DNA of 64,000 nt from Vicugna vicugna (taxonomy: Eukaryota), in assembly GCA_013265495.1 (NCBI GenBank), contig MU057724.1:945102-1009101 (forward strand), in the 5' to 3' direction. Position numbers and translations under genes: made by a program. The notes beneath the pieces are model-generated. The model saw only the letters and a list, made by a program, of their open reading frames with translations, was not told where the DNA came from and made no database searches. Numbering within the stretch: position 1 is the first letter of the stretch; every line of letters starts with the position of its first letter. Positions 40,115 to 52,792 of this stretch are shown here, one piece after another.

Positions 40115-41965
40115 AACGTGCTTGTGTTTTGCATTTAATAGACACCACGGTGTGCGCACTCTGGTCTTTTTGTTCATTTAGAACACACTGCATTTTCATG
40201 TGAGCATTTAGTCCATTTACATTTAACGCATCTATTGTTGCGACTGGGTTTCTTTGTGTGATTTTTCTGTTTTCTGTCATCTCATAACTTTTTGCTTGTT
40301 TCCTTTTCTACCCCTCCTTTTGGGTGTGTGTATGTGTTAAACCAATATTTTGGGGGGAATAAGTTAAACTTTTCTATTGATTTTTTAAACCATAGTTTTG
40401 AATTATTTTCTTTAGTTGCTTTAAGAATTATGATGTGCTATTTAGCTTATGACAATCTACTTCAGGTCAACACTGAAATAATTACAGTAAAATACAGCAG
40501 CTTTGCTCAAATATAGCTTCATTTCTTCCCCATCCTTTCAGCTATTATGTTTCATTTATTACAGGCATGTAACTTGTAACCCCAACAACAAAGTGTTACT
40601 AGTGTTGCTTGATACAATCTTTGTGTTTCAAAGAAATCAAAAGAACAGAGAAAAGCTATTTCAGTAGACTTTTATTTTTACCCACACCGTCATCATTCTC
40701 AGTGCACCTCGTTTGTTCCTGCGAGTTTAAACTCCTGCCTGGTGTCATTTTCATTCTCCTTGCAGACTTCCTCTGAGGAAGGCAAGTATGTTAACAATAC
40801 GTCCTCTCGCTCTGCTTCTCTTGTAATATTGCTATTTTTAAAGTCCAATTTGCTAGGCAACCACACTTGGGTGACAGTGCTTTTGTTTTCCTTTTAGGGC
40901 ATTGACTGTCACCCCACCGTCTTTCTTTCCTGTTAAGCAGTCAAGTGTCAAGTGTTTTTCTTTCACTGCTTTAAAAATTTTCTTTTACTTTGAGTTTTTA
41001 TAGCGTAGATGTAATATATCTGGGAGTGGATTTCTTAATGTTTACCCAATTGGGCTTCATTTAAACCCATTTGTTTGCTTCTGTGGGTTCATGTTTTCCA
41101 TCAGATTTGGGAATTTTTGAGCCATTATTTCTCTCCTTGTTTTTTCTTTCCCTTTCGCATTCTCTTCCCCTCCTGGGATACCCGCTGCACGTATGTTTGT
41201 AGTCTTGTTATTTCACAATGCTCTGAGACTCCGCACATTTTTCTCTATTATTTTTCTTTCTGTCTTCCAGATGGTGTAATTTGTATTGACTGAACTTTAG
41301 CTGACTGGTTTTCCCTTCTGTCATTTCAGATCTGATGTTGAACGTGTCTAGTGAATTTTTGTAAGGTTTTTTTTCCCCTCCACCTCTCTAGAATTTCCAT
41401 TCAGTTTGTTAACACTTTGTTTCTTTATTGAGACCCTATTTTGAGGTATTTTATCATAGTTTACTGTCAATTTTTTGCTTCTTTAGTAACAACTATATTG
41501 TGATACAATTTATTTACCATGAAGTTCACACTTTTAAATGTACAGTCCATCAGTTTTCAGTATATTCAGAGTTGTGCTGTGTAATTTTAGAATATTTTTA
41601 TTACTCTAACATAAAAAGAAAAGACACCCAGTCAACCACTAATCTGCTTTCTGTAGCTATGCGCTTCCCTGTTCTGGACGTTTCATACACAGAGAACCAC
41701 AGGCTCTGCAGGCTTCTGGGTCTGGCTTCTTTTACGTGGTGTCCTGTCAAGGCTTGTCTGTGTTTTGGCGTGTAGCAATGCCTCCTTCTTTATAGTGAAC
41801 AAGATTTTATTCACATAACATCTTGGATATATCACAATTCGCTTGTATATTCACCAGTTAATAGCTATTAATGCTGTTTCCATTTGGGGCTGTCAGTAAT
41901 AACGCCGCTATGAACAGTCACGAACAAGTTTATGTGTGAATATGTTTTTCAATTTCTTTGATATA
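40115..41965 (-). mobile_element. Ancient L1M fragments
   Basis: T-rich antisense L1 text such as 'atttagtccatttacatttaa', 'gggaatttttgagccattatttct' and 'accactaatctgctttctgt'. Confidence 0.75.
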
Positions 41966-41979
41966 TATTTAAGTATGAT

Positions 41980-42595
41980 AATTAAGGATTAACGTACAGA
42001 AATCTGTTGCATTTCTGTACACTGACAACAACGTATCCGAAAGAGAAATTAAGGAAACAGTCCCATTTACCATCACATCAAAAAAAATAAATGTCGAGGA
42101 ATAAACCTGCCTCAGGAGGCAAAGGCGTGTACTCAGAACACTGTCAGACACTGATGAAAGAAGCTGAAGATGACACAAACAGATGGAAAGGTACACCACG
42201 TTCTCGGATTGCAGGAATCAGTCTTGTTAAAATGACCATACTGTGCAAGGCAATCCATAGATTCAATGCCGTCCCTATCAAAATATCAACGGGATTTTTC
42301 ACAGAACCGGAGCAAATGTTAAACTTTGTATGGAAACACAAAAGACCCCAAAAGCCAAGACAATCCTGAGAAAGAACGTGGCTGGAAGAATCACACTTCC
42401 TGACGCCAGCCTGTACTGCAAAGCCTCAGCAATCAAAACCACATGGTACTGGCACCAAACAGACAAACAGACCAACGGAGCAGGACAGGAAGTCAGAAAG
42501 AAACCCACGTACTTACGGCCAATTAATATGGCAAAGGAGGCAAGGATATACAATGGGGAAAAGACAGTCCTTCAGTACGTGGTGCTGGGAACACT
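41980..42595 (+). mobile_element. L1 ORF2 internal fragment (frameshifted)
   Basis: Peptides [40 protein letters not shown] and KTTWYWH match L1 ORF2p. Confidence 0.95.
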
Positions 42596-45500
42596 CCTTC
42601 GCACATGTGTGATTGACCTCAATTTACGTTACAGAATTCCCATTCAAGAGGTGTTTCAGATACTAATCAAATAACAAAGTAGCCACCTCCAGCATAAAGG
42701 CAGAGCAAGTCAAAACTGGTAGCTCGATGTTGCCGTTCATGTAGGTGAGCCCACAGGAAAAGCTGCTCTACGGAGGGGTTCACAGCAGGGGGGTCATAAG
42801 AAGGAAACTACAGTCACGCTTTCCTGTTAGCTCTGCTCGGAGCCTGCGCTCGAAGTTCGGCTGCTCTGGTTGGAGAACACTTCAGTTTGCTAGTTGCATT
42901 ATCTTGGGCAAGTAACCAACCGAACCTCAGTTTCAAAGTCAGTAGAAAGAGGGCAATAGGTTTAGAGGAGCGCCTGGCATCAGAAGCAGCCCAGAGCTCA
43001 GCTGTTGTCACTATGACAATTATTATCATTAATACTGACGTCATCATCACCACGATCGTCTTCTGGGGCCAGGCAGCTGTGGCGCGGAAATGCTCAACAT
43101 CAGGGAAACATGGCGGGATCGAGCCACCTCCAGGTCGCCTGTGCCTTGGACAATGACTCTCACCCGTCAGAAGATTAGACCGCTTCCTCCTAAGCTGAGT
43201 AAGTCCAGGTGTGCCAGTCCAAGAAAGGCACGAGCGTAATGCTGAAGGGAACGCACACGTCTGAAAAGCAATGAACGTTCACAATTCACTGAATTTGAAT
43301 GTCAGTTAAATCACTACACAGTGTACCTTTCACAAAAAGACATGCTGTTTAAAGGGTAATGAAGAGTCTTCAAACGTGGATGAAACAGTTTCTCCTTCCC
43401 TGAGTAACCTTTGCTGTGTTCACTTCGCATCAGCAAGGGGCGCAGGCACAAAGATGGTTGCTCCAGGCTCCCGGGAGCCTGAGCTCCTGCAGGGTTTAAT
43501 TGTGTGTGTGTGTGTGTCCGTCCTCCAGGGCGCTGCGTGGTTCTCTAGCAGGCATGCGGCAGAGGGTGGACAGAGGGCATCAGAGGGTCATCAGCTTCTC
43601 CTGTCCACGCAGAACCCGGGACTGGGAGCTCCGTCCACAGCCTGCCACTGGGCCCGCGGGGGCTTCCCTGACAGGCTGCTGCCTGGGCTGCGGGGAGCAC
43701 TTTTGGAGAACAGGGTGGAGGCTGCTCGGCCTGTAAGCGCCCGTCACCGCTGTCAGAAGGCCCTTCTTAGAGGAGGTGTCTGTACAGACAACAGAAACAA
43801 TGTGAAAGACAAACACCTGTTTCTCAAAAGCTGCTCAGAAAACAGCTTCAGTGTGAGGAGATCATGTTTTTTCCGTCTCAGTTTTTCTTCTCTATAAGTT
43901 ACTGGTTTAAACTTGACCCCAAAAAGCAAGAAGAAATGCCTGGTGCACGTACTTTTCCTGCCACTCACACTTGGACGAGTGCCGGCTTCCCGTGTTCTAA
44001 GTGAGTGAGAGCTCATACTGGAGGCCACTCTTTAGGACCCAGGCCTCCTTCCCCCACTGCCCCCTGAGCTGAGCAGCACATTTCGGTACCTTTAGCGGCC
44101 ATGACACTTAAAGCCTCTGATAAGAGCTGTGAACACTTTCACCAGAAAAATGCCTGTGCATCCTTCCGAGTGGTCAGCACTCAGTCCGTGTGGCTCCCAG
44201 CCCCGCCGTGGCCCTGGCCTGAGGAAGGCGTCCGTGTGCAGCCCGTGGGGTCAGGGCATCTGTGTTTAACCGCGACGACGGCTGGCCGAGCTGGGAACCC
44301 GGGAACCCGGGAACCCGCGGGCCTTGGCACGGCGGTCTGCACTGAAGGGAGGTGCCTGTTAGAAAGCAGCTTGCCAGGTAAGCCACGGCTGGGTGCTCTG
44401 ATGGGAACTTTCTGCCTCCTTTCTGTACCCCACAGGCGCCTCTTTCAGAAGAGGTTAAACGGGAGCAGTGTTCTTCAGCAGCCACGCCAGCAACAGTGCT
44501 GGCCTTCCCCCGGGGATGTCCGAGTGGGAGGCAATGCATCTGGAAAAAACATAAAATACGTTGCAAATGCATGAGCTCCTCGGGAATCTGCTGCCTTTTG
44601 CAGAGAGATGGCAACAAATAAAACCAGAGCAGCCACGAAATGAGGACATTATAAATGGGTGGAGTGAGATGATATTCCTTCTTCTCTTCATTATTTTCCT
44701 AAATTTGAGCAACATGGCAAAGTGTTAGTTGCAAACTACTGGTTGTTTATTCTCTTTCCCAGCGCAGGTCCATGGAGGCTGACCCCTGCTTGGAAACTAG
44801 CATGTTCCGAGGTCAAGAGCACTGTCTCTGGGGTCGGGACCCCCACCTGCAGCTGCAAAGCCCTTCTCCCTCCAGTGAGAGGTGCCAGCCCGGTGTGTCA
44901 GCCCCACGTTGGAGCAGGCGGCAGCCCCGGTGGTTCTAGGAGGGCAGAGGGTGCTGGTGACATTAGAAGGGAAGACGCCTAAGGCCACCCCAGCTCCCCG
45001 TGGCCATCGTGGTGCCGGAGGACAGGCTGCAGCACAACAGACAGAGCTGAGGTCTGAAGCCGGAAGATGGTCCCTGCACCTTGTTATTTCCAGTAACAAG
45101 CAGTTCGGCCTTCGTGTTACATTTGACAAACTGAAGAAAACTTTAGAATTTCCAACTTATGGTTAACTTGTATACACCTCGAGTATTTTTGCAAGAATTT
45201 CTGCCCCAGATAAGAATTATGGTGAAAATGTGTCTCAGTGTCTGAAAAATGCAGGAAGTGGGTTGTATCTTGCTAATGGTTGCAAAGCCGTGCCTGCTGT
45301 AGTTTTCTGTCCCTCATCATACAGGTATCAAATTTTAAAGAACATTTGGGGACAACTTAGCAGCATAATAATGAAATGTTTTAGGACATTAAGAAAAATC
45401 TACTTTTAATGACCACGACATGGATCAGCTAATGTAACCTTGACAACAGATGAAACCCGAGCATTCACAAGAGTGTAGTGTAAGTGCTGGGAATTCTAAC

Positions 45501-48500
45501 TTCAATGTGTATTTATTGTATTTGAAATCACTTAATACTTTACACACGTTAATGGGGATTTGCACTGTGTGCTAAGCCTACACTGCATAGTTCTCCTTAG
45601 AGAACAATTTCCATAAAGAAGTCTTACTGGTGTCTTTAACATTTCAGCAAATAGGTTTCAAGAATTAGTGGAAACCCTTAGACTTCACCCACTGAGAATA
45701 AAGAGCTGGACGTCCAGTATCCACTGTAGCTGTCATTTCACATCTAAGCCGTGTTAGTTTTGGAGACAAATACATGCATGTGCGTGTGCTTTCCCTCTGA
45801 ACATCTGTGCGCTGAGTAAGTCACAGTCTGGAACAGGAGACTCGGTGTGAGCATTTACCGCCGGGGGTCACGTCAAATCAAAACTCTTTAAATAGTAATC
45901 CCTCTGGACCAGAAGAGACACAGAAATAGCCACGAGGATGAATTTTTGTGTTTAAAAGTTACAACATAGTATAACATAGAGATGGTGTAACATTAATATT
46001 TTTGCAAGTATCATTTTGGCTCATCCTTCCTTACCAGCATCCACCTTTGGTTTAAAGCCGTGACAAAGGCCGACGTCTTCCATTCTGGTGGGCGATGAGC
46101 AGAAGCAGGCGCTGGTGTGGGCCGGGTTGTGGGGCCCCCGTCTGGTGACAATTTCTGATCTGCACCATCTGCTGAAGAACATCTGCACAGAAGCAGCCCT
46201 GGGAGGTGCCTCCTCCGGGGCAGAAGGAAGCTCTTTTCTGAGCAGGATAATGAAGACAGTGTCTCCCTGGGAAATAGAAGTTGAGCAGATTCACTTGTAG
46301 CCCCTTGAACGACTGGAGGTTCCTGGGTTCCTCAGCTGTGACACAAACTCGCCGTGTGTACGGTGGCCTCCTCCATCGCCACATCATCCCCGCGGGAACT
46401 GAGGGACAAGAGAAGCTGTTGTGAGCTTGAGGCTGCGTCCGCTGGCTATGTCCTGGCTGACGAGGCCCCATCTCTGACTCTCCAGTCTTGCGTCTTTTGC
46501 CGGCACCCATGAAGCTGTGCCCGCCAACTCATTAGCTTAAAATGGGGTGAAGCCCCAGATCCTTCGCAGCTCTTGGCGTCAGAGGACAGAGAAGAGGCGT
46601 GGAGGAGCCCTGCAGGGCTCCTGGGGCAGTGGGCTCTTTCCCAGACAACGATGCTAAACCAGGCAAACCTCTTAACCTAAGTCCTCAGCTATTCATTCAT
46701 TTTCACCCCAGTGAGGGGAGGAAGTAAAAACATCTGAAGGGTTTCATAACCCGTCCTAATGAATTCAGGATTGTAAATGTAATTTAATTTATGATTTTAC
46801 TCAAGTTATCAATATAAATCTAGAGGCAAGTGAACTGATGATATTAACTGACACTAATTGATGGAATTTTTCAACCATCTGATCTTAGCCAGTATGATTT
46901 TATCTGCAAAACCATCAAAAGCTTGGCTGAATTAATCATCACTAAATGTTTTTTAAATGTAGCAGTAACCTCTGGAGATGAGGACACCAAGGAAGATTTA
47001 AACTACACAACCTCTATGAATGGGCTAGATGGACAGACAGAGAGACAGATAAGATAAATTTATTCTGTCCGTGCTAAAAGGTAAAACAATACACCTAGTC
47101 GTGTCGGCCTTCTGCCTTTTACAAAAATGCATATGTCGTTTCTATACATTTCATAGCAAAAGCCTTTTGCCAGTGTGTTTATTCACCTTCTAATCTTGCT
47201 GTCTAATTATTTATATGAATTTTTTAAAGAATTAATACATTTTACATTATAAGCCTGAACTTTTGCTCTCAAAAATGTGGAATTATATAAAGCAGAGAAC
47301 ATATTTTATGTTGGATATGATGCATCAAATACATATTACTTCATGTAGCTCAGCAAGACAGGTGGTGACGTGTGACTAGACCCAACAGTGCAACCCAATG
47401 CGGATTCTGAACACACACTCGGGTGAACGTCCAAAGGAGGAGGGAGGTTTTGCGTACTTGTCTTTTCTTTGAGACCGTCCACTGTCAAACCCTGAGTGAC
47501 TTTATGTCTGGGCCTCACTTAAAACCAAAACGATGTGCTTGCTGAGCTTTTCATGGAAGGACTCTGCAAAGGACCTCAAAATTAGTCAGTCGCCACCCAG
47601 AGAAGTGTGGTGGGAATGTGTTTTCACCTTACCGGGGTGGCACTTTTGGGGTGATTTGATGTTTTCTGTGCTGTGGTATTTACAGAATTCACTCTTGGGG
47701 AGCTGGGAGTCTGCCTCCAAGAGGCCGATGGTCGTCCTTGTGAGAGGCTGAAGATTTACTATCACAGGAGGCGTGTGATATGACAACACACACTGAGATG
47801 TGGGAAGAGGCAACGAACAAATACAAGCCCACAGAGCGTCTCAGGGAAATGTCACGTGTGCTGATCTGAAGTCAGGCTGCATCTCCTGCGGGAAGCTCTC
47901 TGTCTTCCTCGTCGTGAACATGACGTTAAGAGTCACGATCTCCCTCCTGCGGCGGGGTCGGCAGGTCGCTTCCTCTATTTCACACACACACACCCATTTG
48001 CTATGAACCATAAAACAAGCAACCACTTTAAACTGGTGTTCACATTTCTTTGACTCTCCCACCCCCCAAATAATGCAAATATAGGACAGGTCTATTCATC
48101 TCAATAATATAAAAATCTGAAAATACACTAAATGTCATCAAATAAAGACATGACCAGTTATGCTACTTCCACATAATAGAGTTATATGCAGCCTTTAAAA
48201 GCAGATTATAAACATAAATAAATAAGTAAAAGCGGATTATAAGGATTATACAACAACACAGGGAAACCTTGCGTGCCGTGTCAGATTGGAAGTACTGGTA
48301 ACGACCGTAAGTCCACTGCGACGCTGCACGGGAGGTGCGGTGACACAGCGAAACGTGCGTAGGGGAAACACGTTGAAATTGTGATGTAACTGGTATGGCT
48401 GTGCCGGATTGTTGTCTTCCTTCTTTCCCATGTTTGCCCCGTAGTCATTGTACTTGTTTTTATAATAGAAGAAGAAACTATAGATAAAAATACTCACCCA

Positions 48501-48896
48501 TCTATTCTTCCCACAAAAGTGAAAATAATGAAAGAGAAGAAGCGCAGGTCCCGGAGAACGTGGGGAAGGTTTGGAATAACGTCTGCTGGTCTTTCCAGAT
48601 AATGGATCATTTCAGTAATTTTAAACATGAACATCCATCTAGTTAATCGTACTGAAGATTATAATTATAGAAGCATATGAGTGAATCTCTCTAAAAATAA
48701 ATCCTTGTCAGTCCTTGAAAATACACCTTTGATAGTTTCAAAAGAGATGAGCGTATTTTTTAAAAGCCATTGTCACAGAAAGTAACCAGAGTATTCAAGC
48801 TCGCTCTTCTGTAAATCACAAGTATTTCCCAGGTTTGAAGAGCAAAGACATCGTTTTGTTTAACTCTGTACTCTTGGCAATTATCACAGAGTTTGT

Positions 48897-50150
48897 TTTC
48901 AATCATTCAATTACCAACCGTTCCCCGAGCGCCCTCTCGTGCTGGGCACTGTGTTACGGAAGGGGACCCACGAGGCACACGAGGTTATTGCTCCCCTGCA
49001 GCCTGGATTGCAGCGGGAAAGGAGGATCAATAAGAAACGCACATGCTAATATTTCCCCAGAGTGATACTTGCTATAAAGACATTAAAACAAATTGACGGA
49101 TACGCACAGAGACTGTGGGGAGTGTTTGAGCTGGCCGGCCAAGGGAGGCCTCTTGCTTACGTGATGCTTGAGCTGAGACATAAACATTAGGCTGGCAAAG
49201 CCACGTGTCATCCCAAGCACACTGGACACCGTGGGACGGTCTGAGCGAAGGCTGACGTGGAACGATTCATGTTGCCAAGGATTCCTTTCTACTGCTGTGC
49301 CGAGGAAGGACCCCAAGGGAAAGGCTGGCTACCGTGAGGTAAATGAGTGGACTACAGCATTTGTCCGGATAGGAAGTGACAGCAGTTTGCACCAAGTGAA
49401 AAAGCTATCCTACAGGAGGTGAGTGGATTGGGAAGATTCTAGGAACAAAAGCAAGAGTCCTTGCTGATTCTTTGGACGTGGTAGTTCAGGGAAGACGAAC
49501 GCTGAGATGAGTTGCTCGTTGTGAGCTTTTAACCGGGTGGGGTGGTGCATTGACTTGACGAAGACTGTGGTCAGCGGAACAGGTTCACTGCGGGGTGGGG
49601 AGGGGCACCCAGAGCGCTGGTTAAGGCAGGTCAAGTGCAAGACGTCTGTTAAGCATCCCAGCAGAGACCTCACACGTGCAGCCCGTGTCTCTGTATATGT
49701 GGGGCTCAGTGGACAGATTTAAGGGTCAATGTCATATGAATGATATTAAAAGCAATGACATTTGACATTGGATGAGATCACTTAAGCAGATAACGCAGAC
49801 AAGAGACTAGAGGCCCAAGGACTGAGTCGTGTGGATTCCAAGATTCAGGTGTTTGAGCAGGAAACACTGAGGGAGAGCAGCCCCGTGTGCAAATAATGTT
49901 GCAACTGCCCAGGGAAGACAGCTTTAAGGGCAGGGTCACCAGATGGAGCGAAGCCTGGTCTTGAGGGCAGTGAGAGAGCAGAACACAGTGAAGACAGAGA
50001 CCATGGGTCCAGGAATAAAGCAAGCATTGGCAACCTTGATAGCGTTGCCCAGTTAGATGAGTCAAAAGGGGAAATGATGTAAGAAGAGGTGAGAAAAGCA
50101 AAACAGTAAATGAAACCCTTTAGAAAATGATTCCAAGGAATTTTTCTGTA
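48897..50150 (-). mobile_element. L2 LINE fragments
   Basis: 'cattcaatt...gtgctgggcactgtg' end motif; 'ggatgagatcactta', 'agggcccaaggactgag'-like L2 text. Confidence 0.7.
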
Positions 50151-51144
50151 AATGATTGAGCACCAGCTGGAGACTTCAGTGTCATATCTATTTATGTTTA
50201 TTTACATACACAGACATATGCATGCACCCACTCATGTACATACATGCGTTTTTTTAAAGGAGGAAGCTACTGACACATATGTGCACGTTCGTTAGAAAGG
50301 GTGTATGTCTCTAGGCTTCACAATTACGTACTGCAGGTTGTGAGCTTTAACCGGGTGTGGGTGCCGCACTGACTTGATGAAGACTGTGGTCAGAGGAACA
50401 GTTTCACTGCGGGGTGGGGAGGGGGGACCCGGAGGCTCATTGGCAGTATATCCTTTAGAGACAGTTTGATTTTTTGTCAATGGTTAGCAACTTGCCACCG
50501 CGGAAAACCTGGTGACCTGTGGACAATTTCCGCAGTACAGATAGTCTGCAGTGGAATCTCCACGTCCTTGTAACAGCTCTATTCACATGGGTGCATTCCG
50601 AATAAAGCAATAGTCCCCGCTTGATGCTACCAGACAAGAAGCATCCTCCACAGACCGTGCCTGTCGGAGAGGCATGGGGGGCATGCTCCACACACTGGGC
50701 TCCCCCACCCTGTGCTGGCCATCACCCCGACTAAGCAGGTTGCGTTATTTCCATTTTGAAATGAAGAAACAGACTCAAAAAGGTTTAGCAGCTTACCCAT
50801 GAAGCAGAAAGTAGCACTCTTTCTCAAGCAAGTCGCACTCAACTTTTTAAAAAAGAAAAATAAAAAATAAAAGCTTGGTGCTCCGGCCACCATCGTCTAA
50901 AAGGAAACCTCCCTCCCAGGCAGCTGTGATCAACAGCGCCTCATCTCCGGAGTTCCTCTGACCTCCACCTGCCACCCACCCTGAGAAAACCACACGAATC
51001 TAACTGATAGATTTTTGTACCTCAGTTAATTTGAGGTGAATGGAATTCTGAAATCACACCCGCCTTTTCCCTGTAACTGAAGTCAGTTGAGCTCAGCTAA
51101 CACGAGGCAAACACACATGAAGCGGTTAGCCAAAATCTGAGCGA

Positions 51145-51500
51145 TGGAGACCTGCCTGAAACAAAGAGGCATTTATCTGGGGTTTGCCAGGACTGAAGCC
51201 GGGGAGACGCAGATTTAAGAAGCACCTGAATTGTGTTCCCCTGACTACAAGATGGGGGAGGCTTACAAAGTCAAACCCTCGCGGTTATCGTTAGGCACGT
51301 GAGCTGTTTGTCAAGGATTACAACTGGGGCTGCACGAAGTCAGGGTGCCTGTTAAGCAGCGTCGGTTGGGCTCTGAAATGGCTGCGCCCTTACGAGGGGA
51401 GATCTTGAGACAGTAAGGCTGTGCTGGCAGGTATGGTTCTGAACATGGCTGGTGGTGTCCTTGGGTCTGGTGTGGTCCACAGGAAGTTCAAGTCATCCAC
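51145..51500 (-). mobile_element. Probable ERV LTR relic
   Basis: 'gcatttatctgggg...gagacgcagatttaagaagcacctgaattgtgttcc' is LTR-like; boundaries uncertain. Confidence 0.45.
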
Positions 51501-52358
51501 AGTGTAGAGACGTGTCTGAGCCCCAACCCCATTTTTGAGTGTCTGAACCGCGACTACGCCTCTCTAATTTCACTTTGTCATCAAGGTCCTCTAGGCCTCC
51601 CTGACGACGACTCAGCAGATCAGAACACCTTGGTGACGTGAAGGTATGTCTCGAGGGAGGGTCCTTATCTAAAAAGGGGCAAAACAGTATCCAACTCAGC
51701 AACACTTCATTTGAAAACCCACCGAAGGAAATCAGCAGGGTCATCGTCCCAACTCAGAAACAACTGGTAATGGATAAGCAATAGCTAATTGTGCACAAAA
51801 AATCAGCTGACAGCGGCACGAGAGATGCTGCAGCTGTGAATAGAGGAGGGCTCAGATGTGAGCGCTGGGCTTATAAAACCCTTCTTTACAGGAGCCATGA
51901 AGTGAAGCACGGACATAATCAGAAAAACAAGTTAATAGAAGATGGAAACCCCAAACTGCGGATCTAGTCTTGAAATCTAAATGCAGAAACAGTGACCAAG
52001 GGGGACTCCGTAGGTAAGAATATTACTTACTTTTCATGGAAATACACTGGGGCATATGAAGTTTCTACACACATTATTTTTTGTGTATGACAATTCAGTG
52101 AGGTTAGCAGAAGTTATATTATTACTACTTTGAGTCTGGCTTCAAGTTGGCTCAAAATGTTCAGGAGGCTGGGTGAGTGGCACGGCCTGTGTCAGAGTTC
52201 CATCTACCCTGACGGTCACTCCGGATCACAGAGTGAGGGGGTTTTGCTCTGCATTCGAGAACCGCTCCTCCAAAAGACTTCACATTGTTTCCAAAATGGT
52301 TCACAAACTGATACATTTTCTAAGATTGCTGCACTGTGAAGGGGGGTCTGGGTGGGTG

Positions 52359-52792
52359 TGAGACAGGAGGGAAGTGGGCAGGGCACAACCCTTGAAGGAA
52401 TGACACAGCCTCTGAGGACAGGACAAGCTGGTGAGAACCAAGATGGTGGAAGACTCGACTTCCAGTGGACCCTGAGCCTCACGGCGCACCCACAGCGCCA
52501 GGACAGTTTCTAGGCTGACCATAAAAGGTCAAAAGTAGGCGGGGCCCAACCCCTGGAAACCCCGCCCCTTCCCCAAAGTAGTTGGAATAACCCTCCGACT
52601 CCTTGGCAAATGAAATTAACCAGCTCATACAAACTAACAGCCCTGGGGTACCTCACTGTCACTCCTGCCTGCAAAGCAGCAGCACTCAGTGTGTAGAGCG
52701 TATCTCTCTAAATAAACTTGCTTTCACTTTGCTGTGCCTTATTCTTCCTGAGTGCTTTCCTGCGTGAGGCAAGAACCTATTCTCTGGCAGCA
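52359..52792 (+). mobile_element. MER41-like ERV1 solo LTR
   Basis: TG...CA ends; 4-bp TSD GGTG/GGCG; 'accaagatggtggaag', 'ccacagcgccaggacagtt' and 'aataaacttgctttcactttgct' hallmarks. Confidence 0.85.

Larger units (their letters stand above)
35897..47760 (+). pseudogene. Chain of candidate pseudo-exons (35897-36016, 36240-36261?, 37492-37588, 44763-44811/44832, 46038-46546, ~47500-47760), 3' part kinase-like
   Basis: Phase-compatible AG/GT exons; strongly coding-like codon use at 46040-46330; stops at 35950, 46061 and 46298; 'LLSFSWKD' and 'LWYLQNSLLGS...RP..VLVRG' resemble PKDCC/POMK subdomains. Confidence 0.4.

Noticed and set aside
42091..42674. ORFs with real protein similarity
   Set aside because: Frameshifted L1 ORF2 relic, not a host gene
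46016..47747. Minus-strand gene model (exons 47747-47633, 47563-47519 and a terminal exon from ~46570)
   Set aside because: Splice sites look canonical, but it needs a ~69-nt intron, stops early in the last exon, and codon usage favours the + strand; not fully excluded
50490..52340. Faint matches to the PKDCC C-terminal region
   Set aside because: Too few identities to distinguish from chance by eye
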